Shown here piece by piece: positions 46,932-54,260 of a stretch of 64,000 bases of DNA; position 1 is the stretch's first letter; the number at the start of each line of letters is the position of its first letter. The notes below the pieces were generated by a model, which saw nothing but the letters and a program-made list of their open reading frames with translations, searched no databases and was not told the DNA's origin. The position numbers and the translations under genes were made by a program. This stretch comes from an uncultured bacterium (GTDB lineage Bacteria; Patescibacteriota; Minisyncoccia; UBA6257; 2-01-FULL-56-20): the NCBI GenBank assembly GCA_963705915.1, contig OY970126.1:10035-74034 (forward strand), in the 5' to 3' direction.

Positions 46932-47801
46932 TTACGAAACAACTATAGAGGTATTTTTTCTTTTAGTCAAAATAGGCAATAGGAATAGCACCAAAAGTGG
47001 TACGGAGTTCGGATCGGTCGCCGTGCCGAAAGGAAACGATAGCATGCCGCCAAAATTCTGACCGATCCACCAGACGACAGCCAGGAAGCCGATGAGTATC
47101 CACGCCAGTTTTTTATGCGGATAGAATGTTAACAATATGCCGAGAAGGAATGCTATAAGAAAAGCAATTATGTTGCCGAGCACACCCCCAGCAATACTAA
47201 GGGAGCCAAGCCAGTTCGATGCCGCGGGGACACTCGCAAGCATTGAAAGCATGGTTGGTTGTGAGAACATGGGAGAGAAGTTCAGCATGGCTGTGCCGAA
47301 GAGAATCACACCGGCGGCAATGGGCAGGTAGTTGATGGACGACGGTTTTTTCTCTGCATGCAGCAAGAATACCGCGAGGATCAGATAAAGAAGCGCTGCA
47401 CCGGGGGCGCCTGTATACAATGTCGCTGATCCCGTGAATAGATTGCCGAGACCCTCGCCAAAGATCCAAACGATGAGTGCCCATGCGATCGAAAGCCACA
47501 ATCCGACGTTACGAAACTCCTTGCGGAATGGAATTATGAGGAGAACACCGATGAATAATTGGATAAGGGCTGCTATGAGATTCGCCCAAACTATATTGCT
47601 GCTGAAAACGCGGATGCCAAAAGCAATGATCGCACTGATGATATACGGTTGATTTTGCATATTGGGAGCAAGAACCGTATTCACAAAAGTGCTCGTAAAC
47701 ATCGCAGGTTGAAATTGCAGGATGCCATCCAAGACCCAAAGGGCGCCGAGGATGACGGAAATTACTCGCGCAATCTTGCTATCGCTCATAGCAGCGATCA
47801 A
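46932..47801 (-). CDS. Polytopic integral membrane protein (8-9 TM)
   Basis: Hydrophobic throughout. No motif recognised. Confidence 0.5.
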   Translation of the reverse strand: MIAAMSDSKIARVISVILGALWVLDGILQFQPAMFTSTFVNTVLAPNMQNQPYIISAIIAFGIRVFSSNIVWANLIAALIQLFIGVLLIIPFRKEFRNVGLWLSIAWALIVWIFGEGLGNLFTGSATLYTGAPGAALLYLILAVFLLHAEKKPSSINYLPIAAGVILFGTAMLNFSPMFSQPTMLSMLASVPAASNWLGSLSIAGGVLGNIIAFLIAFLLGILLTFYPHKKLAWILIGFLAVVWWIGQNFGGMLSFPFGTATDPNSVPLLVLFLLPILTKRKNTSIVVS

Positions 47802-48397
47802 AATGATCCGGTTTGAACCTCTCCGGCGCGTTCATAGTTAGCGAAGATGACTCCTTTTGGCGAGATCTTACTATCGGTCAATGTAAAGGCGGCCGGAATC
47901 GTACCTTCTGCAAAGAGACGCTTGCCCGAACCGAGCGTAATGGGAAATGTCTTGAGCCAGAGCTCGTCAACGAGATCGTTTTTTAAAAGGGTCTGGATGA
48001 GGTTGCCGCTGCCATGCACCTGCAACTCGGGGCCGTCTTGGGTTTTGAGTTTCTTCACCGCTTCGACAACATCGCCCGAGAGAAGTACCGAATTGTTCCA
48101 TGCAGGTCTAAACGATGCATCATGGGACGCAACGTATTTTATAGCCGCATTCACGCCGGGCCAGCCTTGTTCGTGCTGCGGCCAATATCCGGCGAAAATA
48201 TCATACGTTTTTCTTCCCAAAAGCAAACTGAACTTTCGTGACATTTGCTCTCCCATGACTTTACCTGCGAATTCATCAAAATAGGGAACCGTCCAGCCTC
48301 CATATTTGAAATCACCCGAGGTGTCTTCTTCTGGGCCGCCCGGCGCTTGCATTACGCCATCGAGACTTATGAACGATAGGACAATTAGTTTTCTCAT
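47798..48397 (-). CDS. Dihydrofolate reductase-family protein (RibD C-terminal domain, YwjB-like)
   Basis: LIVLSFISLDGVMQAPGGPEEDT N-terminus and GSG motif typical of the family. Confidence 0.7.
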   Translation of the reverse strand: MRKLIVLSFISLDGVMQAPGGPEEDTSGDFKYGGWTVPYFDEFAGKVMGEQMSRKFSLLLGRKTYDIFAGYWPQHEQGWPGVNAAIKYVASHDASFRPAWNNSVLLSGDVVEAVKKLKTQDGPELQVHGSGNLIQTLLKNDLVDELWLKTFPITLGSGKRLFAEGTIPAAFTLTDSKISPKGVIFANYERAGEVQTGSF

Positions 48398-48439
48398 GAG
48401 ATTATTCTACTTAATTTGCACTTTGCCGACAACTTAGGC

Positions 48440-48484
48440 GATTCGTCAAATCCTCAGCTCCGGCGGGTGGAGGATGTTCGGACC
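48440..48484 (+). repeat. Repeat B copy 1 (GCTCCGGCGGGTGGAGGATGTTCGGACC, 48457-48484) with an adjacent degenerate A-like segment GATTCGTCAAATCCTCA
   Basis: 28-bp direct repeat; see the other copies. Confidence 0.8.
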
Positions 48485-48554
48485 TGGATAGAGCAAGTGG
48501 GGGAGAGTTTTTATGTCCCAAGTTTAGTTAGCCCACCAGGCCGCTCACGATAGA
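48485..48554 (+). repeat. Conserved 70-nt element following repeat B; copy 1 (about 85% identical to 53039-53107)
   Basis: TGGATAGAGCAAGTGGGGGAGAGTTTTTATGTCCCAAGTTTAGTTAGCCCACCAGGCCGCTCACGATAG. Overlaps the SemiSWEET stop codon. Confidence 0.75.
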
Positions 48555-48817
48555 TTGGGAGATCTTTGCGAATATCTCTTTTTTAAAACTAATTGCACAA
48601 TCCCAATGACAAAGCCAGCTGCATTCGCAATCATGACAGGCGTTGCGCCAATAAGCCAACCATAGGTGGTCCAGATAGCGGAATTTATACAGTAGAGGAA
48701 TATCATCCCCAGCGATACGTCGTCCGCGTGTTTTGTCTTCGCCATCTTCACGATCTGCGGGATCATGATCGAGACTCCAACCACCGCGCCTATATAACCG
48801 AGGATATCTGAGAGCAT
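48545..48817 (-). CDS. SemiSWEET / PQ-loop sugar transporter (3 TM)
   Basis: 90 aa, 3 TM helices, PQ motif MIPQIVKMAKTK. Confidence 0.75.
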   Translation of the reverse strand: MLSDILGYIGAVVGVSIMIPQIVKMAKTKHADDVSLGMIFLYCINSAIWTTYGWLIGATPVMIANAAGFVIGIVQLVLKKRYSQRSPNLS

Positions 48818-48835
48818 AATTATATTTTACTATAA

Positions 48836-48880
48836 AAATCCCGATTCGGTATATTCGAATCGGGATTGTGAAAAAAAGGC
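48836..48880. other. Stable hairpin (ATCCCGATTCG / CGAATCGGGAT, 7-nt loop) in the SemiSWEET upstream region
   Basis: 11-bp perfect stem flanked by A-runs on the plus strand. Confidence 0.5.
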
Positions 48881-48927
48881 GAGGTTGATCAAGTCAATTA
48901 TTTATTAAAAAAAGAAAACTCGCACAA

Positions 48928-48960
48928 AAGATAAAATCGTGCGAGCTATAAATTAAAACC
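48928..48960 (-). terminator. Terminator hairpin CTCGCAC..GTGCGAG plus a T-run, for the 48946 gene
   Basis: Hairpin followed by a U-run on the minus strand. Confidence 0.55.
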
Positions 48961-49356
48961 ATATTCCCGAAATTGTTGCAATCTTTTTAAATATTCCAAC
49001 TTACGACATCCGTCGCAACAATCATTTGGATCGCGTCCTTTGTTGATGACGCTACTACGCCTTGTTACAAAATCTCCGCAGCTACAGCGAACAACCCAGA
49101 CCGATCCGGTGCTACCTCCTGCTTCCTTCTCGGAAGCAAACAGGCCCACCACCGTGAATCGTCCAAAAGTTCTGCCGGTCAGGTTCGGCATATTTCTCGG
49201 GACCTTTTTCAAGGGTGGTTGATTTTTCCAATGTCTTTGGGCGATCTTGACGTTGGGTTGTTCCGAAAAACCGGGTTTACTGACCCTCTGAGCGACACGG
49301 TTTACCGGATTGATCACTAAAAGCGTTGATTCGAAAATCCGATTCTTTTTTAGCAT
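48946..49356 (-). CDS. MGE-type Cys-rich small protein (LTGRTFGRFTV...W.VRCSCG...CDGC motif family seen in phage and island ORFs)
   Basis: 136 aa. GRFTVVG ... VWVVRCSCGDFVTRRSS ... CCDGCRK pattern. Confidence 0.4.
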   Translation of the reverse strand: MLKKNRIFESTLLVINPVNRVAQRVSKPGFSEQPNVKIAQRHWKNQPPLKKVPRNMPNLTGRTFGRFTVVGLFASEKEAGGSTGSVWVVRCSCGDFVTRRSSVINKGRDPNDCCDGCRKLEYLKRLQQFREYGFNL

Positions 49357-49378
49357 GCTGATCCTCGCTGTGCAGTAT

Positions 49379-49408
49379 TATAATTTGGAAATTATTAATG
49401 TCAAATAT
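49379..49408 (-). promoter_or_regulatory. Promoter: -35 TTGACA, 16-nt spacer, -10 TATAAT, upstream of the 48946 gene
   Basis: Hexamers read on the minus strand. Confidence 0.4.
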
Positions 49409-49441
49409 ATTTTTTCTATCGCTAATGTTAGCAGCGCTAAT

Positions 49442-49529
49442 GGTTCGAATCCTCGCGCGGGTAATAAAAATTGACCGCATAAAACCTATGAATCTTTAGC
49501 TGCTCCGGCGGGTGGAGGACGTTCGGACC
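49442..49529 (+). repeat. Composite repeat unit 2: A (GGTTCGAATCCTCGCGCGGGTA, 49442-49463), 38-nt spacer, B (49502-49529)
   Basis: The A segment looks like a tRNA T-arm plus acceptor 3' end. The unit ends are imperfect inverted repeats (GGTTCGAA...TTCGGACC). Confidence 0.8.
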
Positions 49530-49530
49530 G

Positions 49531-49857
49531 CTATTCGCGACCCATTTCATTCATAAGAGCCTCAGCCTGTTCAAAGAGATTCTCATCGTTCTCATTATGT
49601 GCGGCAACCCTTGCGGCCTCTAAGCTTGCCCATGCTTCTGTTTGAAATCCTGCCGCTCGATATAATTTTGCTTTTTTAAGGTCAAGCTCAATACCAGCCC
49701 GCGAAGTGTTTAATTCGGCCACCCTTGCTTCTTCAGCTGCGCACCATGCAAGGAGTAGCTCTTTTGACTGCGGGTCATCGATTCCGTTTTCTCGAAGTTT
49801 GGAAATCAACGCCAGCTCATTTTCGGAAAATTCAGATTCGGGAGACTTTTCTATCAT
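49531..49857 (-). CDS. Hypothetical acidic helical protein
   Basis: 108 aa. No motif recognised. Confidence 0.4.
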   Translation of the reverse strand: MIEKSPESEFSENELALISKLRENGIDDPQSKELLLAWCAAEEARVAELNTSRAGIELDLKKAKLYRAAGFQTEAWASLEAARVAAHNENDENLFEQAEALMNEMGRE

Positions 49858-49887
49858 GCCATGAATATATCACATTCTAGCAATATC

Positions 49888-49975
49888 GGTTCGAATCCTC
49901 GCGCGGGTAGCAAAAATTGCCCCCATAAAGCCTATGAATCTTTAGCAGCTCCGGCGGGTGGAGGATGTGAGAACC
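49888..49975 (+). repeat. Composite repeat unit 3: A (49888-49909), 38-nt spacer, B (49948-49975)
   Basis: About 90% identical to unit 2. Confidence 0.8.
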
Positions 49976-49982
49976 TTACAGC

Positions 49983-50016
49983 GAAAGACATTGACTCACA
50001 GTGATCTTATGCTATA
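49983..50016 (+). promoter_or_regulatory. Promoter: -35 TTGACT, 16-nt spacer, -10 TGCTATAAT (extended), then an AAGGAG SD for the 50045 gene
   Basis: Hexamers read on the plus strand. Confidence 0.45.
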
Positions 50017-50044
50017 ATAGTCTTCAGCGGTTAAGGAGATCTAC

Positions 50045-50266
50045 ATGGCATCTTTAGCGCAGCTCTCAGGAGTTGATTCTTTCGAGCGTGTAATCGCATT
50101 GCTTGAGAAAAAAGTTGGCACAACCGAAGCATGTGATCTTATCCTCTCGGATTCGCGGCTCATCGAGGCCGAAGAGGTTGACGGGATATTAGCCGACATC
50201 GATGAGAAGATGTATGGTGAGCCGATCGACTTTCGGGAACCGTGGGAAGATTTGATTTCCTACTAG
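50045..50266 (+). CDS. Hypothetical small acidic protein
   Basis: 73 aa with its own promoter and SD. Confidence 0.45.
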   Translation: MASLAQLSGVDSFERVIALLEKKVGTTEACDLILSDSRLIEAEEVDGILADIDEKMYGEPIDFREPWEDLISY

Positions 50267-50437
50267 TACTAAAGAGATCGACGTTTGCGCAAAGGGTCCG
50301 ATAGAGATATCGAACCCTTTTTATTTTGCTCGCTTGAGCAGACGGCTTGCGAACAGTGGATCGCGGCATTCCGGGCCTACGATTGGGAGAAGGCGATACG
50401 AGATCCGGCTGTAGCGTTAAAACAAATAAGGCAATTA

Positions 50438-51283
50438 CTAGCGCTTGTTTGATGCAGATGCTTTGCTGTAAAACTGGAACTGATTGCCGCCCCGCTTTTT
50501 GGCTTGATAAAGAGCCGTATCGGAAAGCCGGAGCAAGTCCGCCGGTTTCTTCCCATTGAGCGGATATAATGCAACCCCGATGCTGACCGAGGTTTTAATG
50601 ACTCTTTTTTCAATGAGGATTGGAATATCGAAAGCTCGCACGATCTTCTTTGCAATACGAATTGCATTCGCTTTACTTTCTAATTGTTTTGCCAGAACAA
50701 CAAATTCATCTCCTCCAAATCGAGCGGCGATGTCGGAACTTCGTACGGCATGACTCAGGCGATGTGCCACTTCTATCAGTACCAAGTCGCCAAACCGATG
50801 GCCCTCTTCGTCGTTAGTGCGTTTGAAGTTGTTAAAATCGAGATAAAGAATCGCGAGCAACTTTCCTCTTTTGGTCCTCTTGATAGATTCAAGAAAATCT
50901 TCCTCAAAAAAACTGCGGTTTGGCAGTCCCGTCAGAAAATCATGGGTTGAATTGTGGACGGCTAGCGTATGAAGATCGTTTTGCTGAGAAACGTCCCTCA
51001 TGATTTTTGAAAATCCCTGACTTGTTCCGTACTTGTTTCTCGTCGAGGTCAGCACGCCGCTGCTCCAAAATTTAGTTTTATTTTTTCGTACGTATTGCCG
51101 TTCATCCAAATACTTGCCTTCACTCACGGCATTTTTCATATCGGAACCGGGAGTGCCTCGTCGAATGTCTTCTTTTGTGAAAAGAATAGAAAAATCCTTG
51201 CCGATAATTTCTGCTCGCTTATAACCGAAGAGTTTTGCCCCCCCCTGGTCCCAGCTGGTAATCTTGCCTTTCTTGTCGAGCAT
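50438..51283 (-). CDS. PAS-GGDEF diguanylate cyclase; the PAS domain appears N-terminally truncated
   Basis: GGDEF site RFGGDEF. A PAS core (ITSWDQGGAKLFGYKRAEIIG) begins about 8 aa from the start. Confidence 0.8.
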   Translation of the reverse strand: MLDKKGKITSWDQGGAKLFGYKRAEIIGKDFSILFTKEDIRRGTPGSDMKNAVSEGKYLDERQYVRKNKTKFWSSGVLTSTRNKYGTSQGFSKIMRDVSQQNDLHTLAVHNSTHDFLTGLPNRSFFEEDFLESIKRTKRGKLLAILYLDFNNFKRTNDEEGHRFGDLVLIEVAHRLSHAVRSSDIAARFGGDEFVVLAKQLESKANAIRIAKKIVRAFDIPILIEKRVIKTSVSIGVALYPLNGKKPADLLRLSDTALYQAKKRGGNQFQFYSKASASNKR

Positions 51284-51465
51284 AAAAATCGCGTAATCTC
51301 GTATGCTTTCAACGAGGGTGCGATAGTTCTGTTCGGTATTGGTCTTTTCTTTGCGACGTTCGATGCTTATGTCGTAAGTATGGACTTATGGCTAGGAATA
51401 GCAATTATTTCTCTGTTTTGCAGGGGGTTTGTTATATTACGACGATTTCTTTATGAGGTTTTTTA

Positions 51466-51492
51466 TTCCGGCGCGTGGAGGATGGTAGAACC
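51466..51492 (+). repeat. Repeat B copy 4 (TTCCGGCGCGTGGAGGATGGTAGAACC)
   Basis: Ends 6 nt before the stop codon of the ICMT gene. Confidence 0.75.
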
Positions 51493-51497
51493 TGTCC

Positions 51498-52064
51498 TTA
51501 CCAGATAAACGGCAAGAGCCGCTTGGTATGCGCTTGATAGGGTGGATACTGGTCAGGGAAAAGATCGAGCATCGCACGCTCCTCTTTGTGGATACGCCGC
51601 AAACAGAAGATGATGCTTATAATAAACAGCGCAACGGCCACGATACTTCCGGTCAATGCGCCGCCAAAGAGCGCGAGTATCGCGCCCGCATAGATCGGAT
51701 GGCGGACATACGCGTATGCGCCGTTCGTTACGAGCTTATGATCTTCTTTCGGATGTGTTCCCCAGTCGCGTCCTAAGTCGTATCGCCCCCAGATCGCGAA
51801 CGCGACACCGATAACGGTTAACAATGCGCCAACCCAACTGACCGCGAGACCGAAATTGAAGAACGCATATTCAAGGACGAACGCATCGCCCTGTAAATTT
51901 CGAGTAAGAGCATACATCAATAGTGCTAACAAAAAGAGTAGTAGGAGTGGAGGAAGGCTCTTTGAGTGGCTCGAAGCGTCGCGCTTGGCGGTAAAAGCAC
52001 CTACCACCCATACTGTTATAAGCACCAACCAACTTGCGATGATGACATAACCATAGTCGTACAT
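51498..52064 (-). CDS. Isoprenylcysteine carboxyl methyltransferase (ICMT) / phospholipid methyltransferase family membrane protein
   Basis: YAYVRHPIYAG motif. 5 TM helices. The track ORF extends to a TTG at 52106 and would translate the A5 repeat, so the start is uncertain. Confidence 0.7.
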   Translation of the reverse strand: MYDYGYVIIASWLVLITVWVVGAFTAKRDASSHSKSLPPLLLLFLLALLMYALTRNLQGDAFVLEYAFFNFGLAVSWVGALLTVIGVAFAIWGRYDLGRDWGTHPKEDHKLVTNGAYAYVRHPIYAGAILALFGGALTGSIVAVALFIISIIFCLRRIHKEERAMLDLFPDQYPPYQAHTKRLLPFIW

Positions 52065-52080
52065 GTGATCATCATACCGC

Positions 52081-52136
52081 AGTTCGAATCCTCGCGCGGG
52101 TAGCAAAAATTAGGGCGGGTGGAGGATGCGAGAACC
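52081..52136 (+). repeat. Composite repeat unit 5: A (52081-52102), 10-nt spacer, B (52113-52136, 5'-truncated)
   Basis: The spacer between A and B is deleted relative to units 2 and 3. Confidence 0.75.
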
Positions 52137-52207
52137 TGTTATAGGGGAAGATTGATATAACTCGGTGGATATGATAATTTCTTGGATAGATCTGGAGGAG
52201 GTCTCCT

Positions 52208-52471
52208 GTGCCGAAAATTGATGAAAATAAGATCTTAAATACCCTCAGCCATACCGTATGGAAAACTCCGTTCGATATCCGGGTAGAAACCGGGCGATCT
52301 ATATCGCTTAGAGAAATCTATCGTCATCTCGAGGCGTTTGAGGTTCGGCAACTTGTCGAACGTCGAGATAAGCAACTGACAGCGACTCAGCTCGCTCTAC
52401 GGGGTGGCAAGCCCGCGATTGAATTTCGATTACTGCCAGCTGGTGTCCGTCGAAAGGGCGAGGTTTCGTAG
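52208..52471 (+). CDS. Hypothetical protein (possibly winged-helix)
   Basis: GTG start preceded by GGAGGAGG. 87 aa. Confidence 0.4.
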   Translation: MPKIDENKILNTLSHTVWKTPFDIRVETGRSISLREIYRHLEAFEVRQLVERRDKQLTATQLALRGGKPAIEFRLLPAGVRRKGEVS

Positions 52472-52572
52472 AAAATCAAAGGGGTATCGATAGGGATGCC
52501 ATGTCCTGTCAGAGCCTAGTCTCGTCGAAACAATCTCCGGGTCAATCCAAAGTGATTGGCCCTTTTATTTTT

Positions 52573-52600
52573 GCTCCGGCGGGTGGAGGATGTTAGAACC
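52573..52600 (+). repeat. Repeat B copy 6 (GCTCCGGCGGGTGGAGGATGTTAGAACC; matches the consensus)
   Basis: Flanked by convergent terminator hairpins at about 52528-52572 and 52613-52640. Confidence 0.85.
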
Positions 52601-52653
52601 CGGATGAAATAAAAACTGCGCGTCCAAAGCCGCGCAGTTCTCGAAGTAATTCT

Positions 52654-52935
52654 TTACTGTTTAATCCCTAGGGCACCCTTGATCTTTGCAGTGACTTCGT
52701 CTGGTTGAGGCAACGCTTTGGAAATGAGTCCTGGGAGTGCCTGCCCGACCAAATCCAGTAAAACCCTTGTGTCGATTTCATACCAATCCTTGCTGGCGGA
52801 CGAAGCAAGAAATTCGACCTCCTGCGTTTCAAGGATGCGTCGAGCAAATGCCTCTTGTTTCTTGTAGACCCTAAGTTTGCAGTAGCTCAACGCAAAAGCA
52901 AAATAGATTTCAACAGTCGGAAAGTTGCTTTGCAT
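52654..52935 (-). CDS. Hypothetical protein
   Basis: Start taken at MQSNFPT, which has a GGAGG SD. The track ORF extends to 52977. Confidence 0.35.
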   Translation of the reverse strand: MQSNFPTVEIYFAFALSYCKLRVYKKQEAFARRILETQEVEFLASSASKDWYEIDTRVLLDLVGQALPGLISKALPQPDEVTAKIKGALGIKQ

Positions 52936-53010
52936 CGACGCCTCCAGATAATCGCATAACTGAGGACAGAATAACACTGCCCCTTTAAAATTTCAATGAC
53001 GAAACGATCT

Positions 53011-53038
53011 GCTCCGAATCGTGAATAAAGTTAGAACC
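53011..53038 (+). repeat. Repeat B copy 7 (GCTCCGAATCGTGAATAAAGTTAGAACC; ends conserved, middle diverged)
   Basis: Same length and orientation as the consensus. Followed by the conserved 70-nt element. Confidence 0.6.
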
Positions 53039-53107
53039 GAGATAGAGCAGGCGGGGGAGAGTTTTTATGTTCCAAGTTTAGATACCCCACCACTCCGTTC
53101 ACGGTAG
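53039..53107 (+). repeat. Conserved 70-nt element, copy 2
   Basis: GAGATAGAGCAGGCGGGGGAGAGTTTTTATGTTCCAAGTTTAGATACCCCACCACTCCGTTCACGGTAG. Confidence 0.75.
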
Positions 53108-53117
53108 TTTCGAAAGA

Positions 53118-53142
53118 AAAAGCCACCGGTTAAGGTGGCTAA
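53118..53142 (-). terminator. Terminator hairpin GCCACC..GGTGGC plus a T-run after the alphaCTD gene
   Basis: Hairpin followed by TTTTTCTTTCG on the minus strand. Confidence 0.6.
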
Positions 53143-53164
53143 CGAGTCGAGGAGTAGGCGATGG

Positions 53165-53557
53165 TTACCACTTGCGTAACGAAAGATTTCTTTCGGTCAG
53201 AACATCTTTGATCTCTCTCAGTGACTTTCTACCAAGAGTCCTGATTCTCAAGAGGTCTAACTCGGTTTTTCCGATAAGCTCGGTGATCGTGTTGATGTTC
53301 CCATTCTTCAAGCAATTGTAGGAACGATTAGAAATATCCAGCTCTTCGATCTTACCAAGGGCTGAGTCGATCGCTGATTCCCTGGTGAAGGTTAGCTTCA
53401 TTCCGAAGATTGGCTCAAATGGATTTTCGGAAACCACAAATCCTTCATTTCGGAGTGCGATCATCTTGTAGATTGCATCCACCAAGCTTTCGAGCTTCTT
53501 GTCTGGTGCAACCTCTACAACTGTAGTAGTTGTCACAGGAATCTTGTTATCGGTCAT
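53165..53557 (-). CDS. Stand-alone RNA polymerase alpha-subunit C-terminal domain (alphaCTD) protein with an unrelated 70-aa N-terminal region
   Basis: [56 protein letters not shown] aligns to the RpoA alphaCTD (R265-like and G296/K298/S299-like residues present). Strong promoter TTGACG-17-TATAAT plus AAAGGAGAAG SD. Confidence 0.75.
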   Translation of the reverse strand: MTDNKIPVTTTTVVEVAPDKKLESLVDAIYKMIALRNEGFVVSENPFEPIFGMKLTFTRESAIDSALGKIEELDISNRSYNCLKNGNINTITELIGKTELDLLRIRTLGRKSLREIKDVLTERNLSLRKW

Positions 53558-53622
53558 CTCGCTTCTCCTTTTCGATTAGTGCCGTACAGATTATATCATT
53601 ATTTAATTATCTCGTCAAATTT

Positions 53623-53651
53623 GCTCAGGTAGGGCGGGGAATGTTAGGACC
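53623..53651 (+). repeat. Repeat B copy 8 (degenerate: GCTCAGGTAGGGCGGGGAATGTTAGGACC), adjacent to an A-like CTCGTCAAAT
   Basis: The reverse complement of the adjacent A-like segment supplies the TTGACG -35 of the alphaCTD promoter. Confidence 0.55.
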
Positions 53652-53710
53652 TTGCTTTCTTAATTTGGCGCGAGTATAAAGAATTTAGATTTATCGGATG
53701 GGAGACTGAT

Positions 53711-53953
53711 GTGAAACGTATAAATGGAGAAAAGTGGTTGACTCCTACGGAAGCAGGAAAGATATTGGGAGTGAGCAAGAGAACCATCATTCGATGGTGT
53801 GCGGATGGCTCGAATCAGGATCGTAAACCCGAAGACCCTCCGAACCTCAATCCTAGGCGAGGACCAAATCGGCGATTATATTTTCGAGAAAGCCACATCA
53901 AATCTCTCGCAAACCATTACTTTGGGATCGGTCAAAATGAGGGCGGCGCATGA
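53711..53953 (+). CDS. Excisionase/AlpA-like HTH DNA-binding protein
   Basis: 80 aa. LTPTEAGKILGVSKRTIIRWCADG HTH segment. GTG start with a GGGAG SD. Confidence 0.55.
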   Translation: MKRINGEKWLTPTEAGKILGVSKRTIIRWCADGSNQDRKPEDPPNLNPRRGPNRRLYFRESHIKSLANHYFGIGQNEGGA

Positions 53954-54074
53954 TTAAAAGCGACGCCCTCTTTTTTTGCTCCCCACCTCGGACTTGAATC
54001 CCGCCAGTGCAAGCCCCACAAGCATCCCAGAGGATCGTCCGGAGAAGGGGAATGACGCCTCTCGGTCAGGGATC

Positions 54075-54123
54075 AAATGAGACAAATGAGACACTTTTAG
54101 CGTGTCTCGGGACGTGTCTCATT
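54075..54123. promoter_or_regulatory. Operator-like array: two direct AATGAGACA repeats and two inverted GTGTCTC repeats (palindrome AATGAGACAC-N19-GTGTCTCATT)
   Basis: Read from the sequence. Lies immediately upstream of a strong promoter. Confidence 0.55.
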
Positions 54124-54163
54124 TGCTCTTTATATAAGGAAAACAGGCCTTCCGGAGGAGCAT

Positions 54164-54192
54164 TGACAATATACTATAAATCGTTGTATAAT
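54164..54192 (+). promoter_or_regulatory. Sigma70-like promoter: -35 TTGACA, 17-nt spacer, extended -10 TGTATAAT
   Basis: Consensus hexamers about 60 nt upstream of the 54261 gene. A leader hairpin GTTGCGT..ACGCAAC lies in between. Confidence 0.6.
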
Positions 54193-54260
54193 ATACCCAG
54201 ATCATTAAATCCAAGGCGGTTGCGTGCCTACTGAAACGCAACACAAGGAGGGTGACTCCA

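Noticed and set aside
49442-49463. Canonical tRNA genes at the GGTTCGAATCC-containing A segments
   Set aside because: Only a T-arm plus acceptor 3' fragment is present. The upstream flank differs in every copy, and no D-arm or anticodon arm can be formed.
51498-52106. N-terminal extension of the ICMT gene to the TTG at 52106
   Set aside because: The extension would translate the tRNA-like A repeat and has no SD. The internal ATG at 52064 is preferred, though it also lacks a clear SD.
54007-54234. 75-aa ORF overlapping the operator array and promoter
   Set aside because: It contains the palindromic operator repeats and the TTGACA/TATAAT promoter. More likely a regulatory region than a coding one.
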